From positions 131,409 to 195,408 of the forward strand of contig CAWBQM010000005.1 in the NCBI GenBank assembly GCA_963790955.1: DNA of 64,000 bases, written 5' to 3'. This document shows, one piece after another, positions 16,775-24,415 of the stretch. Within the stretch, counting starts at the first letter, position 1, and each line of letters begins with the position of its first letter. The position numbers and the translations under genes are program-made. This stretch comes from an uncultured Chloroflexia bacterium (GTDB lineage Bacteria; Chloroflexota; Limnocylindria; Limnocylindrales; CSP1-4). The notes beneath the pieces are model-generated. The model was not told the DNA's origin, did not search any database, and was given only the letters and a program-made list of their open reading frames with translations.

Positions 16775-17325
16775 CAGTAGGGAGTCCCGCTCGGAACGAG
16801 GTAGACCTTGTGCTCGCCGGCGACCTGGATACAGATCTCACGGTGGGCACCGGGCGGAATGCCAGCATAGTTCGACGCCGTCGCCGCGAGCCAGCCATCG
16901 GCGAAGACCACGATGTGAGCGGGAACGTCGATGTCGTATTCCGGCGGGCTGACCGGCCCGAAGACGCCGACATACTGCCCGATGTCCCGGGCCCTTGCGA
17001 CGTCGACTTCGGCGGTGACGGGCCCCATCGAAGAGTCGCACGCAGCCGACGTTACGGGCAACGGCAGGACCTGGTGATCCCGTTCCCAAGCGCATTCCTG
17101 TTGCCAGGGATCGGGCGTCGACTCCCACGCCCCGCAACTCCGAGCAAACAGGACCTGCCCTGGCTGCAACGTCGTCACCTTCGGGATGTGCTGCGAGCTC
17201 CTCAGCCCGAGGACGAGCCCGACGAGCACGAGCACGCCGACCGTGCTCGGCAGGTAGCGGCGAGGCCGAGGTGTCAACGGGAGTCGCCCTGGACCCGCTC
17301 GGCCACGCCGGGTGAGTTCCGACAT
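16774..17325 (-). CDS. Membrane-anchored hypothetical protein (first gene of the nuclease operon)
   Basis: The start is taken at MSELTRRGR, with one TM segment (VGVLVLVGLVLGL) and then a Cys-containing domain. Its stop overlaps the nuclease ATG (TGATG). Confidence 0.5.
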   Translation of the reverse strand: MSELTRRGRAGPGRLPLTPRPRRYLPSTVGVLVLVGLVLGLRSSQHIPKVTTLQPGQVLFARSCGAWESTPDPWQQECAWERDHQVLPLPVTSAACDSSMGPVTAEVDVARARDIGQYVGVFGPVSPPEYDIDVPAHIVVFADGWLAATASNYAGIPPGAHREICIQVAGEHKVYLVPSGTPY

Positions 17326-17446
17326 CCGCACGACCTTCGATCGTCGTTGACGCCCATGCCAGCCGTGGTCCGGCCGCACTCGACCTTACTCCGCCATCGG
17401 ACGAGTAGCGATGGGTCACTGGTCATGTCTGACAGGGATCGGCGGC

Positions 17447-17917
17447 TCAGCGATCCCCGGCGTGCGGCGGGGGATTGAGGATGGCCCCGCGCAACCGCGC
17501 CAGATCGCGCGCCGAACGCTCAAACCATGGCCTCCGGTGCGGGTCGATTGGCGATGCCTCGAACGCATCGCCGGCATAGCGTGGATAGAGGTGCAGATGC
17601 AGGTGCGGGATCGTGTTGCCGTGGATCTCGTAGTTGAGCTTGGTCGCGTCCGTCGCTCGCTGCACCGCGGCGGCGACGCTCGATACCTCGTCCCACCAAG
17701 CCGCTCGATCCGCGCCGACCAGCTCGTAGGGCTCCGTCACGTGCTTCTTCGAGACGACACAGACGTAGCCCGGGAGCGGTGCCTCGGCCGCGGCGGTGAC
17801 CCAGCTCGATCGCAGCTCGACGAGCACGTCGAGGGGCGCGCCTCGAATGCAAATCGGGCACGTCTGTCCCGTCGGCGGGGTCGGTTCCGCAGGTGTCGGC
17901 TCTTCAGGGCCGGGCAT
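17447..17917 (-). CDS. HIT (histidine triad) family protein
   Basis: The start is taken at MPGPEE. GYVCVVSKKHV and HLHLHLYPR are the histidine triad. The upstream part of ORF 17447..18310 covers repeat E4 and is discarded. Confidence 0.8.
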   Translation of the reverse strand: MPGPEEPTPAEPTPPTGQTCPICIRGAPLDVLVELRSSWVTAAAEAPLPGYVCVVSKKHVTEPYELVGADRAAWWDEVSSVAAAVQRATDATKLNYEIHGNTIPHLHLHLYPRYAGDAFEASPIDPHRRPWFERSARDLARLRGAILNPPPHAGDR

Positions 17918-17965
17918 GGGTCGACCATACGCTCCCGGCCGCCCGACCGGCGCCCCCGGCCCGGC

Positions 17966-18178
17966 TATGCGTGACGCGCATCTACGAGCCAGTCGAGGCG
18001 TCAAATCATGCGCCCGACGCATGAAGCCGCCAACCACGGCCGGGAATATGCGCCGGACGCATCGGATGGCGCCGCGAGCGGTCCGTTGAGTCGCCCGGTG
18101 CATAGCGGCGCGGGCGGTCCGGACCGTTTGAGTGGCCGGGTGCATAGGGGCGCGGTCCGGTGAGTCTCCCGGTGCATC
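17966..18178 (+). repeat. Dispersed modular intergenic repeat, copy E4
   Basis: ATGCGCCCGACGCAT and ATGCGCCGGACGCAT hairpins, then three consecutive ...GGTCCG(T)TTGAGT..GGTGCAT units. Confidence 0.85.
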
Positions 18179-18182
18179 CGCT

Positions 18183-18539
18183 TCACTCGTTCGATTTCGG
18201 ATGAGCAAGATCGACGAGCGTGATCCACACCACGCGGGAGTTCTGGTCAGGGCAGTAGAAGACGCGTCCGGCGCCCGAGATCTCGTGCTGCCACTGGGGC
18301 AGCTTCCCATCGCCTATCCACTTCTCGGCGAGCGCGCCCTTGAGCCGATGGGTTCGATTGGGATTGTCAGAGCGATCGAGTGGCCGCGTCCGAAGTCGTT
18401 CGCGAACGGCGCTCATGAGCTGTGGTTCGGCCGCCATCGCCTGTTGCCATTGCTTGAGGGCTCGAGCCGAGGCCGGTCGGATCGTCCACGTCCCCTTGCT
18501 CGGCGGTCGTCCGGGTGCCCGGTCGGGTCGCCTCGGCAT
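18183..18539 (-). CDS. Putative RelE/ParE-superfamily-like toxin
   Basis: 118 aa: THRLKGALAEKWIGDGKLPQWQHEISGAGRVFYCPDQNSRVVWITLVDLAHP. It lies downstream of a Phd-like antitoxin gene. Confidence 0.5.
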   Translation of the reverse strand: MPRRPDRAPGRPPSKGTWTIRPASARALKQWQQAMAAEPQLMSAVRERLRTRPLDRSDNPNRTHRLKGALAEKWIGDGKLPQWQHEISGAGRVFYCPDQNSRVVWITLVDLAHPKSNE

Positions 18540-18554
18540 CGGCGGCGCCTGTCG

Positions 18555-19028
18555 CTACAGCTCCGCGTCGGCGAGCGGCGTCTGCTCCCTGGCCAGCAGC
18601 GCGGCGCGCGTATCGGGATCCGCCCACGCCTCGGCGGTTGCGCGCCAGTCGTCGATCAGGATCTCGACTGGACGGAGCGAGGTGCCGGAGGCCGCGATCA
18701 GGAGCGCCTCCGCCAGCTCGTCGAGGCACTGCCGCCTGTCGTCATCGGGCAGCGCGCTCAGCCACGAAAGGCGCCCGTATGCACCCGGGGAGTTGAGGCC
18801 GAGTTGATCGAGTGCCTGGCGCGCGCGAATCAGTTCGACTGCGAGGTCCTCGATCTCGTCAGTTCGCTGGATGTCGGCGGCCGGCGCGAGGATCAGGGCG
18901 GTGCCATCCTTGTCTCGGACGATTGCCCGGCCCTTTCTGGCCGCGTCGATCACCTCGCGGTGATGACGGGCCAGATCGGTGGCTTGGTAGGCGACGACGG
19001 ACTCGCTCGCCCGGGCGGCTGCTGACAT
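18555..19028 (-). CDS. Antitoxin, Phd/YefM-like N-terminus with DUF6247-like C-terminal domain
   Basis: VVAYQATDLARHHREVIDAARKGRAIVRDKDGTALILAP is Phd-like. It is followed by a helical C-domain. Confidence 0.6.
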   Translation of the reverse strand: MSAAARASESVVAYQATDLARHHREVIDAARKGRAIVRDKDGTALILAPAADIQRTDEIEDLAVELIRARQALDQLGLNSPGAYGRLSWLSALPDDDRRQCLDELAEALLIAASGTSLRPVEILIDDWRATAEAWADPDTRAALLAREQTPLADAEL

Positions 19029-19087
19029 GATGACCGATCATACGCATGATCGTGCATGTGGTCAACGGTTGCTGCCAGGTGTTCGCC

Positions 19088-19250
19088 CGGCGCATCGCTG
19101 CGTCAAGTCATGCGCCCGACGCATGAAGCCGCCAACCACGGCGCGGAATATGCGCCGGACGCATCGGATGACGCCGCCAGCGGTCCGTTGAGTCGCCCGG
19201 TGCATAGCGGTGCCGGTCAGGCGCGGTCCGTTGAGTCCCCCGCGCATACG
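19088..19250 (+). repeat. Dispersed modular intergenic repeat, copy E5
   Basis: By eye about 95% identical to E4 over the first roughly 108 nt (5 mismatches counted). Confidence 0.85.
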
Positions 19251-19261
19251 CGCCGCCCTCA

Positions 19262-19291
19262 TTGACAGAAGTGGCTACTTCTGGCTAGATG
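19262..19291 (+). promoter_or_regulatory. Candidate promoter/operator of the Phd-VapC operon
   Basis: TTGACA at 19262-19267, inverted repeat GAAGTggctACTTC at 19268-19281, and TAGATG/CTAGAT at 19285-19291. The ATG is at 19297, so the mRNA may be leaderless. The -10 hexamer is imperfect. Confidence 0.35.
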
Positions 19292-19296
19292 TGGCC

Positions 19297-19551
19297 ATGA
19301 AGCGTGTTGGCGTGGCGGAGCTCAAGAACCATCTGTCGAGTCATCTGCGAGCCGTCGAGGCAGGCGGCGAGGTCGAGGTCACCGACCGCAATCGGGCAAT
19401 CGCTCGAATCCTGCCCGTTGGCGCCGGGAGCCGTGTTTCGGTTCGTCCGCCGCGTCGCCCGTTCGCGTCCATCCGGGACAAGGCGTATCCGCCGGCCGGT
19501 TGGTCCGCGAGCTCGAAGGAGCTCCTGCTCGAGGACCGCCAGGCGCGGTGA
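19297..19551 (+). CDS. Phd/YefM family antitoxin
   Basis: MKRVGVAELKNHLSSHLRAVEAGGEVEVTDRNRAIARILP is the classic Phd N-terminus. Confidence 0.8.
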   Translation: MKRVGVAELKNHLSSHLRAVEAGGEVEVTDRNRAIARILPVGAGSRVSVRPPRRPFASIRDKAYPPAGWSASSKELLLEDRQAR

Positions 19552-19967
19552 ATGCCTACGTCGACTCGTCGGTCCTGCTGCGGATCGTCCTCGGCGAACC
19601 CGAGCCGCTGCCCTCATGGCCGCACATCGATCGGGCGGTGTCGAGCGAGATGATCCGGCTCGAGTGCCTCCGGACGCTCGATCAGGCGAGGGTCCGACTG
19701 CACATCCCCGACGTCGAGGTCGCCCGCGTACGCGCCTCCATCCTGGAGGCGATCGATGGCCTCGATCTCGTGGCGCTAGGGGCAGACGTGCTCGAGCGGG
19801 CCGCGGAGCCGTTCCCGGTGCTGATGGGTTCGCTCGACGCACTGCACCTCGCGACCGCGATCCTCGTGCGCGACCGGTTCGACGCGCTGGCCTTCGTCAC
19901 GCACGATCGTGAGCTGGCCATCGGCGCGCGGTCGATGGGCTTCGAAATCGACGGAGTCGAGATCTAG
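19548..19967 (+). CDS. vapC: PIN-domain toxin VapC
   Basis: The GTG start overlaps the antitoxin stop (GTGA). The sequence reads VNAYVDSSVLLRIVL...SLDALHLATA...FVTHDRELA. Confidence 0.8.
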   Translation: MNAYVDSSVLLRIVLGEPEPLPSWPHIDRAVSSEMIRLECLRTLDQARVRLHIPDVEVARVRASILEAIDGLDLVALGADVLERAAEPFPVLMGSLDALHLATAILVRDRFDALAFVTHDRELAIGARSMGFEIDGVEI

Positions 19968-20753
19968 AGGCGCCCGGACCCAAGACGGCCGCGAAGACTA
20001 GGGATCGCCAAGCAGCCCGCCGGTCCGTCGGCGGTAGGCCAGGTGACGACCGTGGCGCCCGATCCGATCGACCAGCCGGTGCGCTCGAGGCAATACGCCG
20101 CCCGCATCGCGAGCCGCTTCGAGCGGCCTGATGCGGCGACGATATCGGCCGTGGTGAAGGTCGCCGGCAGGCCGTCGGGCAGCAAAAGCAGCAGGTCGGC
20201 CGGTGTGTCGATGCGGCGCGTCTCGACGACCTCGACGAGGCGCCGGTCGAGGCGCCACCAGTCGCGGGGATATCGATACCGTGCGCCGGCCGGAACCGGC
20301 CCCCGGATGTCCTCCTCGCACGTGAGCAGCAACTCGATCCGGAAGTTCGGGTGGGCGATCAGCGCCGGGAGGTGCACGAGCTCGTCGAACAGGTCGAGCG
20401 GGAGCGCGCGCTTCGGCGATCGGCGGCGGCGGACGATCACGCCGTCGGCATCGACGAGGGCCAGCCACTTCTCGAGCGGCATCGGGTGCACGAGCGCCAC
20501 GCGGTGGCGCTCGACGAGCCGCTCGAGCTTGCGCCGCACACCCGCGAATCCCGCGGTCTGGATCTCGACGAGCTCGTCGCGACCCGCGACGTCGATCACG
20601 AAGCCGTCGACCGCGACCTCGACGCGTGCCCCGACGACGCTCTCGTGCGTAGCGCTCTTTGAGCGCGGCGTGCAGGGAGCCTTCACGGAACGTCGTGATG
20701 CCGTGCGCCGCGCCGTTGCCCGGAGGCGTCGCGGTCTGACGTGGCGCGTGCAC
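19964..20753 (-). CDS. Hypothetical protein, possible PD-(D/E)xK-like nuclease core plus C-terminal wHTH-like region; one frameshift near 20650
   Basis: GTG at 20753: ...ITTFREGSLHAALKERYA in one frame, then HESVVGARVEVAVDGFVIDVAGRDELVEIQT...VALVHP in the frame of ORF 19964..21118. The D...E-x-Q spacing is the only basis for the nuclease idea. Confidence 0.45.
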
Positions 20754-20945
20754 CGCCCGACCGTAGCAAGTCCGCCTCGCCCCGCCGGTCCATGGCGGGA
20801 CCTGGCAGCCGGCCGCGCCGTAACCCAACCGAAAGTCGTCGTCATCGATGCTCCGGCCGTCACCCGTCCGTCGCCGCGGACCGCGCCGGGGCCACGGCCG
20901 GACGACCGGCGCCTCGCAGGCGGCCCCGACCGATGACGAAAGGAC

Positions 20946-22910
20946 ATGTCCATGACCGCGCTCGTGCCTGGTGTCGAGGAGCGACGCCGACAGGGCCAAC
21001 CGCCCCCGTTCATCGCCGCGCCGCTCGCGCGCACCCGCTTCGCGCTGGCCAGCTGGTCGACCCGAGCCATGCTCGGCGTGGGCGGTCTGGCCGCCGTCCT
21101 GTTCCTGTGGAACCTCACGATCAGCGGCTACGCGAACCAGTACTACTCGGCCGCCGCACTCGCCGCGTCGCAGAGCTGGTCGGCGTGGTTCTTCGGCTCG
21201 CTGGACGCCTCGAACTTCATCACGGTCGACAAGCCGCCGCTCGCGACGATGCTCATGGGCCTCTCGGTCCGGCTGCTCGGCCTGAGCTCGTGGAGCATCC
21301 TGCTGCCGCAGGCGTTGCTCGGCGTCGGCTCGGTCGTGCTCCTGTTCGCGATCGTGCGGCGTCAGTTCGGCACGGTCGCGGCGACGATCGCGGGCATCGT
21401 GCTCGCGCTCACGCCGGTCGCCGTGCTCATGTTCCGGTACAACCACCCGGACGCGCTGCTCACGTTCCTCATGCTCCTGGGCGCGTATGGCACGCAACGC
21501 GCGATCGAGCACGGCCGGCATCGCTGGCTCGTGTTGGCCGGCATCTCGGTCGGGCTCGCCTTCCTGGCCAAGTACCTGCAGGGCTTTCTCGTCGGCCCGG
21601 CGCTCATGCTCGCGTACGTCGTCGCGGCCAACGCGTCGCTCCGTCGTCGCATCGCGGGTGTCGCCGTCTTCTCGGCGTCGACACTCTTGACGGCCGGCGC
21701 ATGGGTCGCCGCGGTCGAGCTCACACCAGCGTCGCTCCGTCCGTTCATCGGCGGCAGCACGAACAACTCGGTTCTCGACCTGGTCTTCGGCTATGACGGC
21801 CTGGGCCGGATCTTCGGTGGCTCGGCCGGCAACGGAGGCGGCGCGAACTTCAGCGGCACGCCCGGCATCCTGCGCCTGTTCAACACCGAGTTCGGGGGCC
21901 AGATCGCGTGGCTGCTGCCGTTCGCGGTCGTGGCCGCGACGACGGGGCTCGTGCTCACGCTCCGCGCCCGACGCACCGACCTCGGTCGCGCCGCCTACCT
22001 CCTGTGGGGCGGCTGGCTGGCGGTCCACGCGGTCGTGTTCAGCTTCATGTCGGGCATCGTTCACTCCTACTACGCGGTCGCGCTGGCGCCCGCCATCGGC
22101 GCGCTCGTGGGTGCCGGAACGGTCGCGCTGTGGCGCCTCCGGGAGCGGTACTGGTTCGGCGGGCTCGCGCTCGGCGGGCTGGTGTTGGGCAGCGCGACGC
22201 TGTCGGCGCTGCTCCTGGGCCGGAGCCCGGACTTCGTGCCGTGGCTCGCACCCGCGGTGATCGCGGCGGGGGCCGTGGCGGCCGGGCTCATCGCAATGCC
22301 GGCGCTTCGGACCGCACCGCGCTGGGTCGGCGCGTCGATCGGCGCGCTGGGTCTGGCAGCGATCCTTGCCGGACCGGCGGCGTTCTCGCTCTCGACGGTC
22401 GCGACCGCGTACTCGGGATCGATCGTGTCGGCGGGGCCGCAGGCGACGGTTTCCGATGCGCTGAGCGGTGGCGGCTCGAACGGGGCCGGAGGCGGGCCGG
22501 GCGGCTTCCCCGGCGGACAGGGTGGTAACGGTGGCTTCGCCCTCGGCGGCACGCCGCCGACCGATGACAGCGCGCTCGTCCAGTACCTGCTCGCAAACCA
22601 GGGCTCGGCCAAATGGGTCGTCGCCGTGAGCGACGCGATGTCCGCCGCGCAGCTCGAGATCGCGAGCGGCCAACCGGTCATGGCGACGGGCGGCTGGAGC
22701 GGCTCGGACAACGCGCTTAGCCTCGACCAGCTCGAGGCGTACGTCGCGTCGGGCGACCTGCGCTTCGTCGAGATCGGCGGCCAGGGCGGCTTCGGTGGCC
22801 GGGGGTCGTCCTCGGAGATCGCCGCGTGGGTCGAGGCGAACGGGACAGCGGTCACGATCGACGGCAGCTCGACGACGATCTACGACCTGTCGGGCGCCGT
22901 CGGCGCGTGA
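20946..22910 (+). CDS. Glycosyltransferase family 39 (ArnT/PMT-like) membrane protein
   Basis: 654 aa and polytopic: YANQYYSAAALAASQSWSAWFFGSLDASNFITVDKPPLATMLMGL is the typical GT39 N-terminal loop. Confidence 0.85.
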   Translation: MSMTALVPGVEERRRQGQPPPFIAAPLARTRFALASWSTRAMLGVGGLAAVLFLWNLTISGYANQYYSAAALAASQSWSAWFFGSLDASNFITVDKPPLATMLMGLSVRLLGLSSWSILLPQALLGVGSVVLLFAIVRRQFGTVAATIAGIVLALTPVAVLMFRYNHPDALLTFLMLLGAYGTQRAIEHGRHRWLVLAGISVGLAFLAKYLQGFLVGPALMLAYVVAANASLRRRIAGVAVFSASTLLTAGAWVAAVELTPASLRPFIGGSTNNSVLDLVFGYDGLGRIFGGSAGNGGGANFSGTPGILRLFNTEFGGQIAWLLPFAVVAATTGLVLTLRARRTDLGRAAYLLWGGWLAVHAVVFSFMSGIVHSYYAVALAPAIGALVGAGTVALWRLRERYWFGGLALGGLVLGSATLSALLLGRSPDFVPWLAPAVIAAGAVAAGLIAMPALRTAPRWVGASIGALGLAAILAGPAAFSLSTVATAYSGSIVSAGPQATVSDALSGGGSNGAGGGPGGFPGGQGGNGGFALGGTPPTDDSALVQYLLANQGSAKWVVAVSDAMSAAQLEIASGQPVMATGGWSGSDNALSLDQLEAYVASGDLRFVEIGGQGGFGGRGSSSEIAAWVEANGTAVTIDGSSTTIYDLSGAVGA

Positions 22911-22987
22911 CGGTCGATCCGACCCGACGCCCACCGATTGAGGGTCAACGCCGCCGCCGCGCGCTTGCTCTGGGCCAATCTATTTGC

Positions 22988-23029
22988 TTGACAACGCAAC
23001 TAGTTCGGCCTAGCCTACCGGTAGTTGCG
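22988..23029 (+). promoter_or_regulatory. Candidate promoter with flanking inverted repeat upstream of doxX
   Basis: TTGACA (22988-22993), a 17-nt spacer, then TAGCCT (23011-23016). CGCAACTA (22995-23002) and TAGTTGCG (23022-23029) form an inverted repeat. Confidence 0.35.
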
Positions 23030-23136
23030 GAAGCAACGATCGCTCCGCTGGCCGGCGTGGATGGCGCGGAGCACGTGGTCCGGATCAAAGGATCTGGCAC
23101 GGACCGACCTGGATCCCACAGGAGGCGACTCTCTCA

Positions 23137-23664
23137 ATGAATACGTTCGACGCGGCCTTGCTCATCTTGCGGCTGGGCGTCGGTCTCACGTTCGCCGCGC
23201 ACGGCGCGCAAAAGGTCTTCGGCTGGTGGGGCGGACCGGGCCTGACCGGCTGGCAGGGGGCGATGGAGAAGATGGGCTTCCGCCCGGCGCCACTGTTCGC
23301 CCTGGTCTCGGCCCTCGTGGAGCTCGTCGGCGGGGTGTTCCTCGCGGTCGGGTTGCTGACGCCGCTCGCGGGCGCGGTGCTCGTCGCCCAGAGCGTCGTG
23401 ATCATCGGCCAGGTGCACTGGCAGAACGGGTTCTTCAACACCAAGGGCGGCTACGAGTTCCCGCTGACGCTCGCGGTCGCGGCCATCGCGCTGACGCTCG
23501 TCGAGGCCGGTGCCTGGAGCATCGACGCGGGGCTCGGCTTCAGCCTCGATCCGAACATCCTGGTGGCGCTCGTGGTCGTTGGCCTGGCGGCCGGGCTCGT
23601 GGCACTCGCGGTGCCCCGGCTCTCGTCCAGCGCTGCGACCAACCGACCCGCCCATCAGTCCTGA
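23137..23664 (+). CDS. DoxX family membrane protein
   Basis: LLILRLGVGLTFAAHGAQKVFGWWGG...VELVGGVFLAVGLLTPLA is the DoxX signature. Confidence 0.85.
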   Translation: MNTFDAALLILRLGVGLTFAAHGAQKVFGWWGGPGLTGWQGAMEKMGFRPAPLFALVSALVELVGGVFLAVGLLTPLAGAVLVAQSVVIIGQVHWQNGFFNTKGGYEFPLTLAVAAIALTLVEAGAWSIDAGLGFSLDPNILVALVVVGLAAGLVALAVPRLSSSAATNRPAHQS

Positions 23665-23708
23665 CCGGCCCCCAGTAGCCCCGCCTCACGGGCGGGACGA
23701 CACGAAGC

Positions 23709-23746
23709 GAGCCCGGAGCACATGCCCCGGGCTCGTTCGATTTGTT
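23709..23746 (+). terminator. Candidate intrinsic terminator after doxX
   Basis: GAGCCCGG-loop-CCGGGCTC stem followed by the T-rich GTTCGATTTGTT. Confidence 0.45.
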
Positions 23747-24083
23747 CGGCCCGGATCCGGGCCGCAGATCGCCCCTCGCCGCCGCTCGCCCCTCGCCGCC
23801 GCCGGCGCTTGGCCGGTTTACCAGCCAGGACTGTGCAACGGCCATCTCGAACCCTCGCCTCGTCCGTTATTGGCCGGCCTACCAGCCAGCGATGTGATAA
23901 CCGCGATCCTGGGCCGGTGGCCGGCCGGTCGGCCCCCAAACAGCCCTGCCTTTGCCCGCAGCACAAGAGAGCCTGGTAGACCGGCCAATCCGGCCGCCGG
24001 CACGATCCGATCGTCGGCAGCGGCCCTGGCTGGCGATCCGATCGTCGGCCTCGACCATCGCGACAGCCGACGCCCGGCCGCGC

Positions 24084-24380
24084 TCAGCCCCCGGCGACGG
24101 CCGGGATGACGTGCACTGTCGCGCCGGAGGGCACGGCCGTCGAGAGGGTTGCCCGCTCGCCGTCGACGAAGATGTTGATATGGGCCCGGATCATCGGACC
24201 CTGATCGAGCAGCCGGTCGGCCACACCCGGCCAGCGTGCCTCGAGCGCGTCGATCAGCTCGGCCACCGTCGACGCGTCGATCGCCGCCCGCCCGGGCAGC
24301 TCGGGGATGAGCGCCCGCAACGATCGGGGCAGGCGCACCTCGACCCCGCCGCGCGGCGCCTCTCTCTCGGTCCGTCCCAT
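24084..24380 (-). CDS. MoaD/ThiS family ubiquitin-like protein ending in Gly-Gly
   Basis: Internal ATG of ORF 24084..24722: ...VAELIDALEARWPGVADRLL...INIFVDGERA...GATVHVIPAVAGG-stop. Confidence 0.75.
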   Translation of the reverse strand: MGRTEREAPRGGVEVRLPRSLRALIPELPGRAAIDASTVAELIDALEARWPGVADRLLDQGPMIRAHINIFVDGERATLSTAVPSGATVHVIPAVAGG

Positions 24381-24415
24381 CGGCGACCGATCGACCCGGT
24401 CAGGTGGGGCCGGGC

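Noticed and set aside
19998-22934. 978-aa minus-strand ORF spanning the whole GT39 gene and beyond.
   Set aside because: It is antisense to a convincing polytopic GT39 gene. The translation is extremely Arg/Pro/Gly/Asp-rich with no recognisable motif, which is the typical shadow ORF of very GC-rich DNA.
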